DNA of 24,709 nucleotides from Myxococcota bacterium (GCA_040752415.1 JBFMGU010000161.1:1-24709), one strand, 5' to 3'; shown: positions 6,739 through 17,083, counted from the stretch's first letter. Notes: generated from the letters alone by a model not told the origin. Numbers and translations: made by a program.

Positions 6739-9139
6739 TCCCCGCTGGCAGAAGCTCCTGCGCGACCTGTGGCTGGGGCGGGGCCGCCTGGCGTTGATGG
6801 TGACGGCGGTGGCCATCAGCCTTTCCGGCGTGGGCACGGTGTTGTCGGCGTACGCCATCCTGACGCGCGAGCTGACCCGGGCCTACCTGAGCACCACGCC
6901 CGCCTCCGCCACGTTGGAGCTGCCGCGCGTGGATGAGGCGTTGGTGCGCGCGGTGCGGGACCTCCCCGACGTCAAGGACGCGGAAGCGCGGGCCACCATC
7001 CTCGCGCGCGTGCAGGTGGACAACGCGTGGAGACCCATCCTGCTCTTCGTGGTTCCCGACTTTGACGGCCTGCGTCTCTCCACGTTCCTGCCGGAAAGCG
7101 GCGCGTGGCCACCGCCGGCGGGGACCATGCTCGTCGAGCGGACGGCGTACGCGGTCTTGGAAGCGCGGCCCGGCGACACGTTGCTGGTCCGCACTCCCGG
7201 CGGCACACCACAACCGCTGCGCATCTCCGGAACCGTGCACGACCAGGGCCTGGCGCCCGCCACCATGGAGCGCGAGGGCTACGCGTACATCACTCCCGCC
7301 ACGCTGGCGCTGCTCACGGGAAGCGCCGAGCTGGACCAGCTGAAGATCCTCGTCGCCGACCACAAACAGGACGCCGCCAGCACGGAACGCACCGCGCGCG
7401 GCGTGGCGGAATGGCTGCGGGCGCAGGGGCGCAACGTCCAGGAGATCCAGGTTCCGCCCGTCGGGAAACACCCGCACCAGGGACAGATGGTGGCGGTGAT
7501 CATGATGCTGCTGGCGTTCTCCCTGCTGGCGCTGCTGCTGAGCGCCGTGCTGGTTGCCAACACGCTGGCGGCCATCATGGCCCGGCAGGTTCGCGAGATT
7601 GGCGTCATGAAGGCGGTGGGGGCCAGCAACGCGCAGGTGGCGGGATTCTACACGGTGATGGTGCTGCTCCTGGGCGCGGCCTCGCTGGTGGTGGCGCTTC
7701 CCGTCGGGGTGTTCGGCGGACAGGCGCTCGGCGCGCTGGTGGCGCGCATGCTGAACTTTGCCATCCAGGACCAACATGTCCCCGTCTGGGTGCTGGGCAC
7801 GGTGGGGCTGGCGGGAATGCTCACGCCCCTGGCCGCCGCGTCATTTCCCGTCCGACGCGCCAGTCGCGTCAGCGTCCGGGAGGCCATTCATGACTTTGGC
7901 GTTTCCCCGCAGGCTCTTGGCTCCCGCGCCCTGGAGCTGGTGACGCGGGGACTGCCCGCGCTGGACGCCGTCACCATGCTCGGGCTGCGCAATGCCTTCC
8001 GTCGACCGGGACGGTTGCTGCTCACGCTGGGTCTCATGGCGTCGGGCGGGGCCATGTTCCTCACCGGTCAGAATGTCGCCGCGGCGTGGCGGGTCCGCGC
8101 CCAGGAGGTCAACACCACCCGTCGCTACGACGCGGAAATCCGCCTGCAACAGCCGCAGCCCACGCGTGAGCTGGTTGCGCTGGTGGAGGGCGTGGCCGGC
8201 GTGGGACGCGTGGAGACCTGGGACTACGAGGACACCTCCTTCACGCAGGAAGAAGGCATCCCGGTGATGCACACGTATCCCGACCAGGGGCACGGGAGCT
8301 TCCGCATCCTGGGCGCCCCCGTCGACACGCAGCTGGTCTCGCTCCCCGTGCTCGCGGGTCGCTGGCTGCAACGCGGTGAGCTCGACGGCGTGGTGCTCAA
8401 CCACATGGCCGCGGCGCTGGCGCCCGACGTAACCGTGGGCTCCAGGGTGACGCTGTCCGTGCATGGCAAGGCCACGAGCTGGAAGGTGGTGGGCGTGGTG
8501 CGTGACCTGGGCTCTCCCGCCGCGGCCTACGTGACCACGGAAGCCTTCGCCGGCGTGGCGGGCACCGCGGGTCGGACGCGGCTGGTGCGCGTGGCCGCAG
8601 GAGACGCGGATGAGCGGACCCGCAATGCCGTGGTGCAGGAGGTCGAGCGCGCGCTGGGTAACGCGGGCATGCCCATCTCACTGACCATCACCCGCACCGA
8701 GCTCAGCAACGCCGTGGGTGAGCACATGTCCGTGGTGCTGGGCCTGCTGTTGGCGTTGGCGGCGTTGATGACGTTGGTGGGGGTGCTGGGCCTGGCGGCG
8801 GCCATGAGCATGAACGTGCTCGAGCGCACCCGGGAGCTGGCGGTGATGCAATCCTTCGGCGCCACGCCCGCATTGGTGCTGCGCGTGGTGATGGGCGAGG
8901 GCGTGTTCGTGGGGATCCTGAGCGGCGCGGTGGCGCTGGTGCTGGCCATCCCCTTCTCTCTCGTCGTGGGAGAGGTGCTGGGGAGCCTCACCTTCCGCAT
9001 GCCCCTGCCACTGGTGGTGTCACCCGTGGCGCCGCTGGCGTGGCTGGTGGTGGTGCTGGTCTCGTCGACGGCGGCGGTGGCCATTCCCGCGCTGCGGGCC
9101 TCCCGCCAGACGGTGCGCGAAGGATTGGCCCACACCTGA
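6731..9139 (+). CDS. ABC transporter permease, duplicated MacB-PCD/FtsX type
   Basis: 802 aa with two FtsX-like signatures (RQVREIGVMKAVGAS; ERTRELAVMQSFGAT); overlaps the ATPase stop. Confidence 0.95.
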   Translation: MLSPRWQKLLRDLWLGRGRLALMVTAVAISLSGVGTVLSAYAILTRELTRAYLSTTPASATLELPRVDEALVRAVRDLPDVKDAEARATILARVQVDNAWRPILLFVVPDFDGLRLSTFLPESGAWPPPAGTMLVERTAYAVLEARPGDTLLVRTPGGTPQPLRISGTVHDQGLAPATMEREGYAYITPATLALLTGSAELDQLKILVADHKQDAASTERTARGVAEWLRAQGRNVQEIQVPPVGKHPHQGQMVAVIMMLLAFSLLALLLSAVLVANTLAAIMARQVREIGVMKAVGASNAQVAGFYTVMVLLLGAASLVVALPVGVFGGQALGALVARMLNFAIQDQHVPVWVLGTVGLAGMLTPLAAASFPVRRASRVSVREAIHDFGVSPQALGSRALELVTRGLPALDAVTMLGLRNAFRRPGRLLLTLGLMASGGAMFLTGQNVAAAWRVRAQEVNTTRRYDAEIRLQQPQPTRELVALVEGVAGVGRVETWDYEDTSFTQEEGIPVMHTYPDQGHGSFRILGAPVDTQLVSLPVLAGRWLQRGELDGVVLNHMAAALAPDVTVGSRVTLSVHGKATSWKVVGVVRDLGSPAAAYVTTEAFAGVAGTAGRTRLVRVAAGDADERTRNAVVQEVERALGNAGMPISLTITRTELSNAVGEHMSVVLGLLLALAALMTLVGVLGLAAAMSMNVLERTRELAVMQSFGATPALVLRVVMGEGVFVGILSGAVALVLAIPFSLVVGEVLGSLTFRMPLPLVVSPVAPLAWLVVVLVSSTAAVAIPALRASRQTVREGLAHT

Positions 9140-9157
9140 CCGCGCGCCGACGTCAGC

Positions 9158-10648
9158 TCAGTTGCAGGTGCCCGCGCCGTTGTTGTTGGAGATGTCCGTG
9201 CCCACGCCGATTCCGTCGCGCGCGAGGACCTGGTCCCGCAGCCCGGTGGCCTCACACTCGGGGAGCTGGTTGTTGAAGGTGATGGTGAGCTGGCCATCCA
9301 CCCGACGCAGCGCATCCATCCCCAGCACGGTGAGCGCGGAGTTCTCGACGATCTCCACGTTCCCCGCCACCGTCTCCAGGGCCGCCAGACCCGCCAGCGT
9401 GGTCAGTCCGTTGGAGGTGATGTCCAGCGCGCCGCCAATGGACGTCACGCCGGAGAGGGGCGCCACGTTGGTGAGCAGCGGGTTGTTGGAGATGGTCACG
9501 GGCCCGGTGACGCTCGTCAGGCCCTCCAGTCCCTCCAGGCTGGTCAGGAGCGGATTGTCGACGATGTCCAGCTGCGTGAGGGTGCTGAGCGCGCCGGAGA
9601 GCACGGAGAGGCTGGTCAAGCTCTCATTGTCATCAATGACCAGCGCGCCCGTCAGCGCGGTGATGCCCTCCAACCCCGCCAGGCTCACCAGCTCGGGGTT
9701 CTCATACACGCGCAGCTCCGGCACCGACGTCAGCGCGGAGAGCGCGGTGAGGTCGGTGAGCTTGTCATTGCTGCCGATGTAGAGCGAGCGGCCGACGCTG
9801 GTGAGGCTCTCCAGGCCATCCACGCTGGTGAGCTCGTCGTTGTAGATGATGTCCAGCGCGCCACCCACGGTGGTGAGGCCGGAAAGCCCGGTGAGGCTCA
9901 CCAGGGCGGTGCTGTCGATGGTGATGTAGCCTCGCACGATCTGCAGGCTCTCCAGGCCGGCCAGCGTGGTGAGGTCGGTGCTCTGGATGCGCAGGTCACC
10001 GGTGATCTCCTGGCAGCCAGCCATGGCGCGGAGGTCCAGCGTGTTGCTGATGTCCACGCTGCCTTCCACCACCGTGCACGGGTTGCCGTTTCCGTTGCCG
10101 TTGGCGCCGTCACACACATAGGTGGGCGTGCCGCTCTCCTCGCCCACGTCGAGGATGCCGTTGTCGTTGACGTCGACGCCGCTGAGCACGCGGGTGCCGC
10201 CATTGGGACAGTTGCTGCCCGCCGGCTCATCCTCCGTGCGCACCACCGCGGCGTGCCCGTCCTGCCCGTCTTCTCCGTCCCGCACGGTGACGTTGGTTCC
10301 GTCGGTGCAGGTGATGGTGCGGGAGCCGTCGGCGTTGGTGGAGATGCTGCAGCTGGTGCCGTCGTCACCGTCGTTGCCGTCGTTGCCGTCGTGCACGGTG
10401 GCGGTGGTGCCGTCGGGGCAGGTGATGGTCTTGCTGCCGTCGGCGTTGGTGCTCACCGTGCACGTGGTGTTGGCGTTGTTCTCATCCCCGTTCTTGAGGA
10501 CGGAGGACGTCCCATCCGGGCAGGACATGGTGCTGGTCCCGTTGCCATTGTCCTTCACGGTGCAGGACTCCTCCTCACCGCCCGTTGCCGGATCATCACA
10601 ACCCACGCCCGCCACAAGAATGATTCCCAACCACGCTGCCCTGCGCAT
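9158..10648 (-). CDS. Lipoprotein with Cys/DG-rich N-terminal repeats and C-terminal receptor-L-domain/LRR-like solenoid
   Basis: GAGGAGG RBS, lipobox VGVGC, three T(I/M)(T/S)C(P/T)DGT repeats, an EPAGSNCPNGG..DVNDNGILD..YVCDG module, and repeated LTSLxGLExLTSVGGxLxIxxN units. Confidence 0.88.
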   Translation of the reverse strand: MRRAAWLGIILVAGVGCDDPATGGEEESCTVKDNGNGTSTMSCPDGTSSVLKNGDENNANTTCTVSTNADGSKTITCPDGTTATVHDGNDGNDGDDGTSCSISTNADGSRTITCTDGTNVTVRDGEDGQDGHAAVVRTEDEPAGSNCPNGGTRVLSGVDVNDNGILDVGEESGTPTYVCDGANGNGNGNPCTVVEGSVDISNTLDLRAMAGCQEITGDLRIQSTDLTTLAGLESLQIVRGYITIDSTALVSLTGLSGLTTVGGALDIIYNDELTSVDGLESLTSVGRSLYIGSNDKLTDLTALSALTSVPELRVYENPELVSLAGLEGITALTGALVIDDNESLTSLSVLSGALSTLTQLDIVDNPLLTSLEGLEGLTSVTGPVTISNNPLLTNVAPLSGVTSIGGALDITSNGLTTLAGLAALETVAGNVEIVENSALTVLGMDALRRVDGQLTITFNNQLPECEATGLRDQVLARDGIGVGTDISNNNGAGTCN

Positions 10649-10775
10649 GTGCGTTCCCTCCTCGAGAAAGGGCCTTCCTTGGGGCAGCGCCCCGGGTCCT
10701 GTCAACAAAACCGCTGCGTGGCGGCGGTGTGCACATCCCGCGGGACGCAGCGCTGCCCGGCGACGCGGACAAAAC

Positions 10776-10808
10776 TGACACAAGGCTGTCAATCCACCTC
10801 GCTACGCT
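10776..10808 (+). promoter_or_regulatory. TGACA-N6-TGTCA palindrome followed by a -10 box (WYL/PafBC-type activated promoter) for the GFA gene
   Basis: TGACA CAAGGC TGTCA at 10776-10791; TGTCAA-N10-TACGCT with the -10 at 10803-10808; AGGAG RBS at 10825. Confidence 0.5.
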
Positions 10809-10837
10809 GCCACCCAACCTCAACAGGAGCGAGCCAC

Positions 10838-11284
10838 ATGGAACAGCATGCACTCCAGAAGACCACCGGGATGGACCAGCACGTGGGAACGTGCCACTGC
10901 GGCGCGGTGCGCTTTGCCGTAACCGTCGACCTCGGGAAGGGCGGGACGCGCTGCAACTGCAGCATCTGCATCAGGGTCAGCCAGCTCTCCGCCATCGTGA
11001 AGCCGGGCGAGTTCACCCTGCTCTCCGACGCGTCGGCGCTCTCGGTCTACGCCTGGGGCGGCAGGACGGGACGTCGCTACTTCTGCACGCAGTGCGGGAT
11101 CCATTGCTTCCTGCGCGGCAACCTCCCGGAGCTGGGCGGCGAGTACGTCTCCGTGAATCTCAATTGCCTCGAGAATGTCGAGCTGACCGAGCTGGCGGTG
11201 GCCTACTGGGACGGCCGCCACGACAACTGGCACGCCGGACCCCGTGAGCGCCCGTGGCCCATCCTCACGGCGCGTCCGGCATGA
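10838..11284 (+). CDS. GFA / CENP-V family zinc protein
   Basis: GTCHCGAVRF, RCNCSIC, RYFCTQCGIH, VSVNLNCL, WDGRHDNW; ATG 10838 with AGGAG RBS. Confidence 0.93.
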   Translation: MEQHALQKTTGMDQHVGTCHCGAVRFAVTVDLGKGGTRCNCSICIRVSQLSAIVKPGEFTLLSDASALSVYAWGGRTGRRYFCTQCGIHCFLRGNLPELGGEYVSVNLNCLENVELTELAVAYWDGRHDNWHAGPRERPWPILTARPA

Positions 11285-11347
11285 GAATGGCGGGATCCAT
11301 GGGCGCGGGACTCGCGCGCAGGTCGGGGCGGGGGCTATGGTGTCGGC

Positions 11348-14300
11348 GTGCGTCTCTTCACCGCTGCACCGTTGCTCGTGGTGCTCGGCCTCCTTGGTTG
11401 TGTCCCGCTTTCCTACAAGTGTGAGTCCGCTGACGACTGCGCCGCCGGTTACGCCTGCGCACCGGGCGGCACGTGTCGACGCACGTGCAGCGACGTGAGC
11501 TTCTGCCCATCCGGCGAGGTATGCCGCGCGGGCATCTGTGAGACCTCCGGCGTGCTCCCCGCGCCCGCCGACGCATCCTTCTCCGACGCCACGTCGTCCG
11601 ACGCATCCTTCCCACCCGACGCCGCCGGGCCCGACGACGCGGGCCGTCCCGACGGGAACGTGGCGTCACGGGATTCCGGCGCAGCCGACGCTTCCCTCCC
11701 GCCCGACGCAGGTGACGCCGGCGCTCCCGACGCGCAGGTGCTCCCGCTCGACGCGGGCCCCGGCGACGCCGCCCTCCCCGACGGCGCACTGCTTGTCGAC
11801 GCCGGCGAGGTGGACGCGGGCGTCAATCAGCCTCCGGTCATCGACGTGTTGCTCCTGAGCCCGGACACCGTGGACAGCCCCGGCAGCGTCGATGTGACCG
11901 TGCAGGCGCACGACCCCGACCGGGACCTGCTGTCCTACGGGTACGCGGTGACGCCGGCGCACCCCGGCATCACGCTCGACACCACGCTCCCCGCCACACC
12001 CCGGCTGGAGCTCGACGCCACCGTCCCGCGCGGCACCTATGAGCTCGCGGTGACCGTGTCCGACGGGAGGGGCGGCAGCGTCGTGGGTCGGGCGGTGCTG
12101 GGGGTGAACAACCACGCGCCCACGGTGACCACGCTGGTGCAGGTGTCGCTGGCGCCCGGGACCGCAACGGAGGTGACCCTGCCCGTGGAAGACGTGGACC
12201 TCACGGCCGCACCACCGGACGAGCTGCAGTTTGCGTGGAGTGGCGCGGACGGCGGCGCGCTTCCCTTTGGGCTGGGCGTCACTCCGTCGGGCGCCAGCGC
12301 CACCATCGTGGTGCAGGGCGGCGGCGCGTACGTCCAGGACCCCGCGGACTACCACGACCGCCACGTCCTGCAGGTGCGCATCACCGACGACCAGGGCCTG
12401 CAGACCGTGGCCAACGTGGAGGTCACCGTGCTGGATGTCCGGGGTCCCTACGTCGACAACACCTGGCCCGTGGTGGAACCGTGCGGCGCCCTGTTCCAGC
12501 CCTGCGGCTCCATCACCACCGGGCTCACCAACCTGGCCAGCGCCAACGCTGCGGGCGCCAACCTGCCCGGGGAGGTCCGCGTGGCCACCACCGGCATCAC
12601 CTACGAGCAGGCCGCCACCATCACGCTGGAGGCCGGCACCGGCATCCGCTGCGGCTACGATCCGACCACACCCGACGAGAGCGGCGACTGGGCGCAGGTG
12701 GCGGAGCGCACGCCCATCCGTTTCTCGTCGACCACGGGGTTGCTCCTGCAGGACACCGGCGGCAGCGGGCAGGGAATCCTCGTCGAGAAATGTGCGCTGG
12801 AGATGGCGCCCGCCGCCACCAGCGTCGCGGTGCGCGACGTGGTGCAGATCAACAACGCCGTCACCACGCTCCGGGACACCCTGCTGCGCTCCTCGCTCGA
12901 CGCGCCCCTTGCGCAATACACCACCGCGCTCCACGTGGTTGGTGCCGGCGCGGCCCCGGTTCTCGTCGAGGGGAGCGAGTTGCACGGGGGTGAGGCCAGC
13001 TCCATCTCCTCCGCGGTCTGGTGCCGCACCACCGCCACGCAGCCGCTCACCCTGGTGGAAAGCGGCTTCCACGGCGTGGGCGGACCCAACACCTACGAGA
13101 CGGTGGCGGTGTGGCTGGAGGGATGCCGCGCGGAGGTCCGCAACGCCACCATCACCGGCGACACGGCCCAGGTCACGGTGGGACTCCTGATGTACCAGGG
13201 AGGAACCGTGGAGACCTCCAACGTCGACGGAGGCGCTGCCACCGCGAACGCCGCCTATGCGCTGCTCACCTATGGGCTGGGGGTGGACGTCCTGGACAGC
13301 GACTTCTCCGTCCAGAGCGCCGCCACCTCGTTCCACGTCGTCAGCATCCAGTCCAGCGGCGCCAGCACGTTCCGCCAGTCGCGCGTGAACGGTGGGAATG
13401 CCGGCGTGACCGCGCTGGGCTTCTACTCCGCCAACGGCGCCATCACCGTCGAGGATACCGTGGTCTCGCCGGGCACCGGCCCCACCTCCATCTACGGCAT
13501 CTTCGTGAACAGCCCCGCCGTGCTCACGCGCAACACCGTGCGCAACCGCGGCATCAGCGCCACCAACGTGGGCATCCAGTCGGGCAGCACGCTGGAAGCC
13601 ACGGACAACGTCGTGGAGCCCGGCGCCGCCAGCGCCAACAACTTCGCCATGCTTGCCGGCGGGAGCTCGGCGGTGACCCTGACGCGCAACGTGTTCCAGG
13701 CGGGAGACGCGGGCGGTCCGGGAGGTGCGTGGGGTGCGCTGCTCTATGGTCCGGCGCCCTCCCTCGTCGACAACCAGTTCGTCGGCGGCGGTGGTGGCAC
13801 GTACGGCATTGGCCTGGACCTCTTGAACAACGTGCCGGTGGTCATGTCCGGCAACACCGCGGTGGGCGTACCGACAGGAGCAACCACCGCCAACGCGTGG
13901 GGCATGCGGGCGCTCAGCACCGTGGGCGGCGTCATCCCCGTCTCCTCCACCAACGACGTCTTCCGCAGCGGCGCCGGCACCGCCGACGCGCGCGCCCTCC
14001 AGGTGCACGCGGGCCTGGTGACCATGGACGGCGCCACCGTCGAGGCGGGCGACCCCCTGAGCGGCACGGTGCCGAACGCCTACGGCGCGGTGGTGTACGC
14101 CAACAGCTCCCTGACCTGGACCAACACCAACGTGGTGGTGCACGACGCGGCGAACAGCAGCATTGGCATCTATGCCACCCCCGGCCACGCCGGCCTCACC
14201 CTCGACAACTCCACCATCACCACCGGCGCCGCCGCCGACACCTCCTCGGCGCTGAGCCTGTACGGGGGCAGCATCAACGCCTCCCGCTCCACGCTCACCG

Positions 14301-15457
14301 CCGGGAGCAGCGCCATCTCCGCCGCGGCGCGCCTGTTCTGCGGCGACGCCGGGACGTACCGCCTGGACGCGTGCCGTCTCGAGGGGACCACCGCCACCAA
14401 CTACAGCGCGGGTCTGGTGGTGGCCGGACCGTGTCACAACCTGGCCATCCTGGACTCCGACGTCACCGACGCCTTCCCCAGCGTGATCCAAGCCGGCAGC
14501 GGGTTGACGTCCTACGCGGTGTGGAACGCCAGCGCCGCGGCAAACAACCTCACCATCGACGACACGACGCTGCGCGGGGGACCGGCCACCCAGTTCTCGA
14601 GCGCGCTGGTGGGAAGCCTGGCGGTGTCCGGCTGGCGGGTGGCGCGCTCCAGCTTGACGGTGGGCAACAGCGTGGGAATCGGCAGCCACGCGCTGTGGTT
14701 CCAGGGACCGTGCAGCGGGTGTCGCTTCCTGGGCAACGTGGTGGATGCGCGGTCTCCCGTGGCGCCGCCCACCGGCTCCGTGGGGGTCCACCTGCCGACG
14801 CATCGGCCCATCAGCGCCATGACGGTCTTCGCCAGCAACCTCGTTTTCGGGGGCTTGGCCACGTCGGAGGCCGCGGGCTTCTACGTCGACAGCGACGCGG
14901 GGGAGAACCTGTTGCTGTTGCACAACACCGTGCTGGGCGGGGAGGCGGAACGGACCGCGGCCATCCGTCTGCGCGCCACGCAACCCGCGAGCTACGTGGC
15001 CTCCCTCGAGATGATTCCGCCATGCGCGGCGGTGGGGAACATCCTGGACCCCGGCAGCGGCACCACCGAGGCGGTGGGCGTGGAGGAGTCGTGCGCGGCG
15101 GGAGATGCCTATGCGCGCGCGGTGCAGGCCTCGCGCCTCACGTACACGCTGTTTCCCGACGCCATCCCCGGCACCTACCTCCGCGACGCGCTCAAGGCCG
15201 GCAACGCCTGCAGCACCACCGACGTCACCAACCCCGCCAACGTCAACGCGCCCGTGGGCAGCGCCGGCAACATGGTGGCCGCACCCGGCTTCGTGGCTCC
15301 CGCGACGGACGACTACCACCTCGACGCCACGTCACCGGCGTTGGGCGCGGCGAACACCGCGGCGGACTGGAACGCATTGCTGGCCGCGGAGCGCGTGGAC
15401 CTTGACGGCGAGACCCGCGCGGGCCCTTCCTACGACGTCGGGGCCGACGAGCGGTGA
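11348..15457 (+). CDS. Large surface lipoprotein: Cys-rich domain, DAG-rich linker, Ig/cadherin-like domains, long right-handed beta-helix, choice-of-anchor-Q-like tail
   Basis: 1369 aa; lipobox LLGC; CESADDCAAGYAC...C repeats; NQPPVI..DPDRDLLSY..VTVSDGRGG; parallel beta-helix periodicity; ends DYHLDATSPALGAA...DLDGETR...YDVGADE. Confidence 0.9.
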   Translation: MRLFTAAPLLVVLGLLGCVPLSYKCESADDCAAGYACAPGGTCRRTCSDVSFCPSGEVCRAGICETSGVLPAPADASFSDATSSDASFPPDAAGPDDAGRPDGNVASRDSGAADASLPPDAGDAGAPDAQVLPLDAGPGDAALPDGALLVDAGEVDAGVNQPPVIDVLLLSPDTVDSPGSVDVTVQAHDPDRDLLSYGYAVTPAHPGITLDTTLPATPRLELDATVPRGTYELAVTVSDGRGGSVVGRAVLGVNNHAPTVTTLVQVSLAPGTATEVTLPVEDVDLTAAPPDELQFAWSGADGGALPFGLGVTPSGASATIVVQGGGAYVQDPADYHDRHVLQVRITDDQGLQTVANVEVTVLDVRGPYVDNTWPVVEPCGALFQPCGSITTGLTNLASANAAGANLPGEVRVATTGITYEQAATITLEAGTGIRCGYDPTTPDESGDWAQVAERTPIRFSSTTGLLLQDTGGSGQGILVEKCALEMAPAATSVAVRDVVQINNAVTTLRDTLLRSSLDAPLAQYTTALHVVGAGAAPVLVEGSELHGGEASSISSAVWCRTTATQPLTLVESGFHGVGGPNTYETVAVWLEGCRAEVRNATITGDTAQVTVGLLMYQGGTVETSNVDGGAATANAAYALLTYGLGVDVLDSDFSVQSAATSFHVVSIQSSGASTFRQSRVNGGNAGVTALGFYSANGAITVEDTVVSPGTGPTSIYGIFVNSPAVLTRNTVRNRGISATNVGIQSGSTLEATDNVVEPGAASANNFAMLAGGSSAVTLTRNVFQAGDAGGPGGAWGALLYGPAPSLVDNQFVGGGGGTYGIGLDLLNNVPVVMSGNTAVGVPTGATTANAWGMRALSTVGGVIPVSSTNDVFRSGAGTADARALQVHAGLVTMDGATVEAGDPLSGTVPNAYGAVVYANSSLTWTNTNVVVHDAANSSIGIYATPGHAGLTLDNSTITTGAAADTSSALSLYGGSINASRSTLTAGSSAISAAARLFCGDAGTYRLDACRLEGTTATNYSAGLVVAGPCHNLAILDSDVTDAFPSVIQAGSGLTSYAVWNASAAANNLTIDDTTLRGGPATQFSSALVGSLAVSGWRVARSSLTVGNSVGIGSHALWFQGPCSGCRFLGNVVDARSPVAPPTGSVGVHLPTHRPISAMTVFASNLVFGGLATSEAAGFYVDSDAGENLLLLHNTVLGGEAERTAAIRLRATQPASYVASLEMIPPCAAVGNILDPGSGTTEAVGVEESCAAGDAYARAVQASRLTYTLFPDAIPGTYLRDALKAGNACSTTDVTNPANVNAPVGSAGNMVAAPGFVAPATDDYHLDATSPALGAANTAADWNALLAAERVDLDGETRAGPSYDVGADER

Positions 15458-15525
15458 CCCGCCCCGGCTCCGCGTGACGTCGTCAGCGGCCGGGTCAGAG
15501 AAGTCCCACGCCGCGCCGTCAGGAC

Positions 15526-17052
15526 TCAGGGGAACGACCCCACGCCGTGGACGCCCTGGCGATCCTCCGGCGGGAGCTGCACACCGGTGCGCGCGAACAG
15601 CAGGTAGAGATCGTCGACGTAGGTCAGGTACCAGCCCGTGGCCCCAGCCAGGTGCGGTGCCACCGGCGCGTTGCGCGGAACCAGCACCACGTCGGGCGGG
15701 AAGTCCGCCAGCACCGCCTGCCATTCCGTGGGCGCGTCGTAGAAGTCCCGCAGGCGTCGCCACACCGCGAGCTCATACGCACCTTCGAAGCGCGTGTCGT
15801 TGCTGACCAGGCCACCCTGCGGGAACAGCTTCCACATCACGTAGCTGCCCTCCACGAACGGCGTCATCACCCGTCCACGGAAGCGGTGTCGCTGCAGGTA
15901 GTCCACCGCGCCCACGGGATAGGCGGGCATCCCCAACGCGCGCTGCCATGGCTGGTCCGGCACCACCAGCTCCCAGGGACGCGCCGGCAGCGACGACGCC
16001 ACCGCCACCGCACCCGCGAGCCACGCCGCCGGCGCCAGCACCCTGGCCCGCTCCCGCAGCACGCGCTCCACCGCGTTCCCCAGCGGCGTGCGCGAGAGCC
16101 ACGGCGTCACCGTGATGAACCAGACCACGGCAAGGATGGAGATGTGTCGGAAGCCCAGGAACGGCGCCACCAGGCACACCGCCACAATGGCCGCGCCCGG
16201 CGCACGACGAGGTCCCAGGTGCACCAGCGCATACAGGAATCCCGCGAGCATGACGACGTAACCGCCGCCCACGAGGTCCCATCCCAGCCGCAGCGGAGCC
16301 CACTCGGTGATGTCGTTCTGACGGGGCAGGAGCAGGATGCGCAGCAGGTAGGGCACGTAGTCCCAGCCCCACGGCGTGGCGAGCGGAAGCAGCGGCAACG
16401 CGACGAGGAGGACCAGCAGGTGGCGCCCGCGCTCACCCCGGGACGCCTGCTCCACGACGTGGAAGAACAACATCCCCGCGCCAATCACGAACGCGGCATG
16501 CACGTTCACCCACACCAGGTGCAGCAGGAGCCACGGCGCCACCCAGCGACGTTGCCCCGCGCGGTCCCCGGCCAGGCACAGCATGAGCGCGGCCACGAAG
16601 AGCAGCGTCAGCAGCTGCGCGCGGATGGTGGTGAACGCAAAGTGCATGAGCACCACGGCGGGAAGCGCGCACACCAGCAGCACCACCGGCGTGGCCCCAC
16701 CGACGAGGGCGCCGCGCACGCACAGTGCCAGCAACGCCGCCACCAGCAGGTACTTGAAGGCCAGGAACGCGCTGGCGCCGAGGGAGGACACGGCCAGCCA
16801 CAACACGCCCGCGCCCCATTCATGGTGCAGACACGGCGTCACCGTGCCGGTGAAGGAGAAGATGTCCGTGCTGGGGAGTCGCCCGTCCTTGAGCGCCTCG
16901 CGCGCAACGGCCATCTCATGCCACACGTCCGGGTCGACGAACGTCAGGGTGCTCATCAGCAGCAGCGTGAGCGCAAGCACCAGGAACGCGCCCGCCACCA
17001 CCACCGACCGCAAACGGGGCTGGCCTGCCGGGCTCGTGGCGACGTCTGACAT
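15526..17052 (-). CDS. Multi-pass membrane protein, putative GT-C fold glycosyltransferase
   Basis: DPDVWH..DIFSFT..HHEWG periplasmic loop, WVNVHAAF, ATPWG, ITEWAP, NDTRFEGAY, about 11-12 TM segments; start taken at ATG 17052. Confidence 0.75.
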   Translation of the reverse strand: MSDVATSPAGQPRLRSVVVAGAFLVLALTLLLMSTLTFVDPDVWHEMAVAREALKDGRLPSTDIFSFTGTVTPCLHHEWGAGVLWLAVSSLGASAFLAFKYLLVAALLALCVRGALVGGATPVVLLVCALPAVVLMHFAFTTIRAQLLTLLFVAALMLCLAGDRAGQRRWVAPWLLLHLVWVNVHAAFVIGAGMLFFHVVEQASRGERGRHLLVLLVALPLLPLATPWGWDYVPYLLRILLLPRQNDITEWAPLRLGWDLVGGGYVVMLAGFLYALVHLGPRRAPGAAIVAVCLVAPFLGFRHISILAVVWFITVTPWLSRTPLGNAVERVLRERARVLAPAAWLAGAVAVASSLPARPWELVVPDQPWQRALGMPAYPVGAVDYLQRHRFRGRVMTPFVEGSYVMWKLFPQGGLVSNDTRFEGAYELAVWRRLRDFYDAPTEWQAVLADFPPDVVLVPRNAPVAPHLAGATGWYLTYVDDLYLLFARTGVQLPPEDRQGVHGVGSFP

Positions 17053-17083
17053 CGGAGAGGGTGCATAACACAAACTCCCACCC

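Noticed and set aside
11666..15319. 1217-aa minus-strand ORF and similar long overlapping ORFs (13021..15405, 15547..17049, 18131..19369, 19424..20791, 21123..22934)
   Set aside because: Stop-poor alternative frames typical of high-GC genes, with biased low-complexity composition and no motifs.
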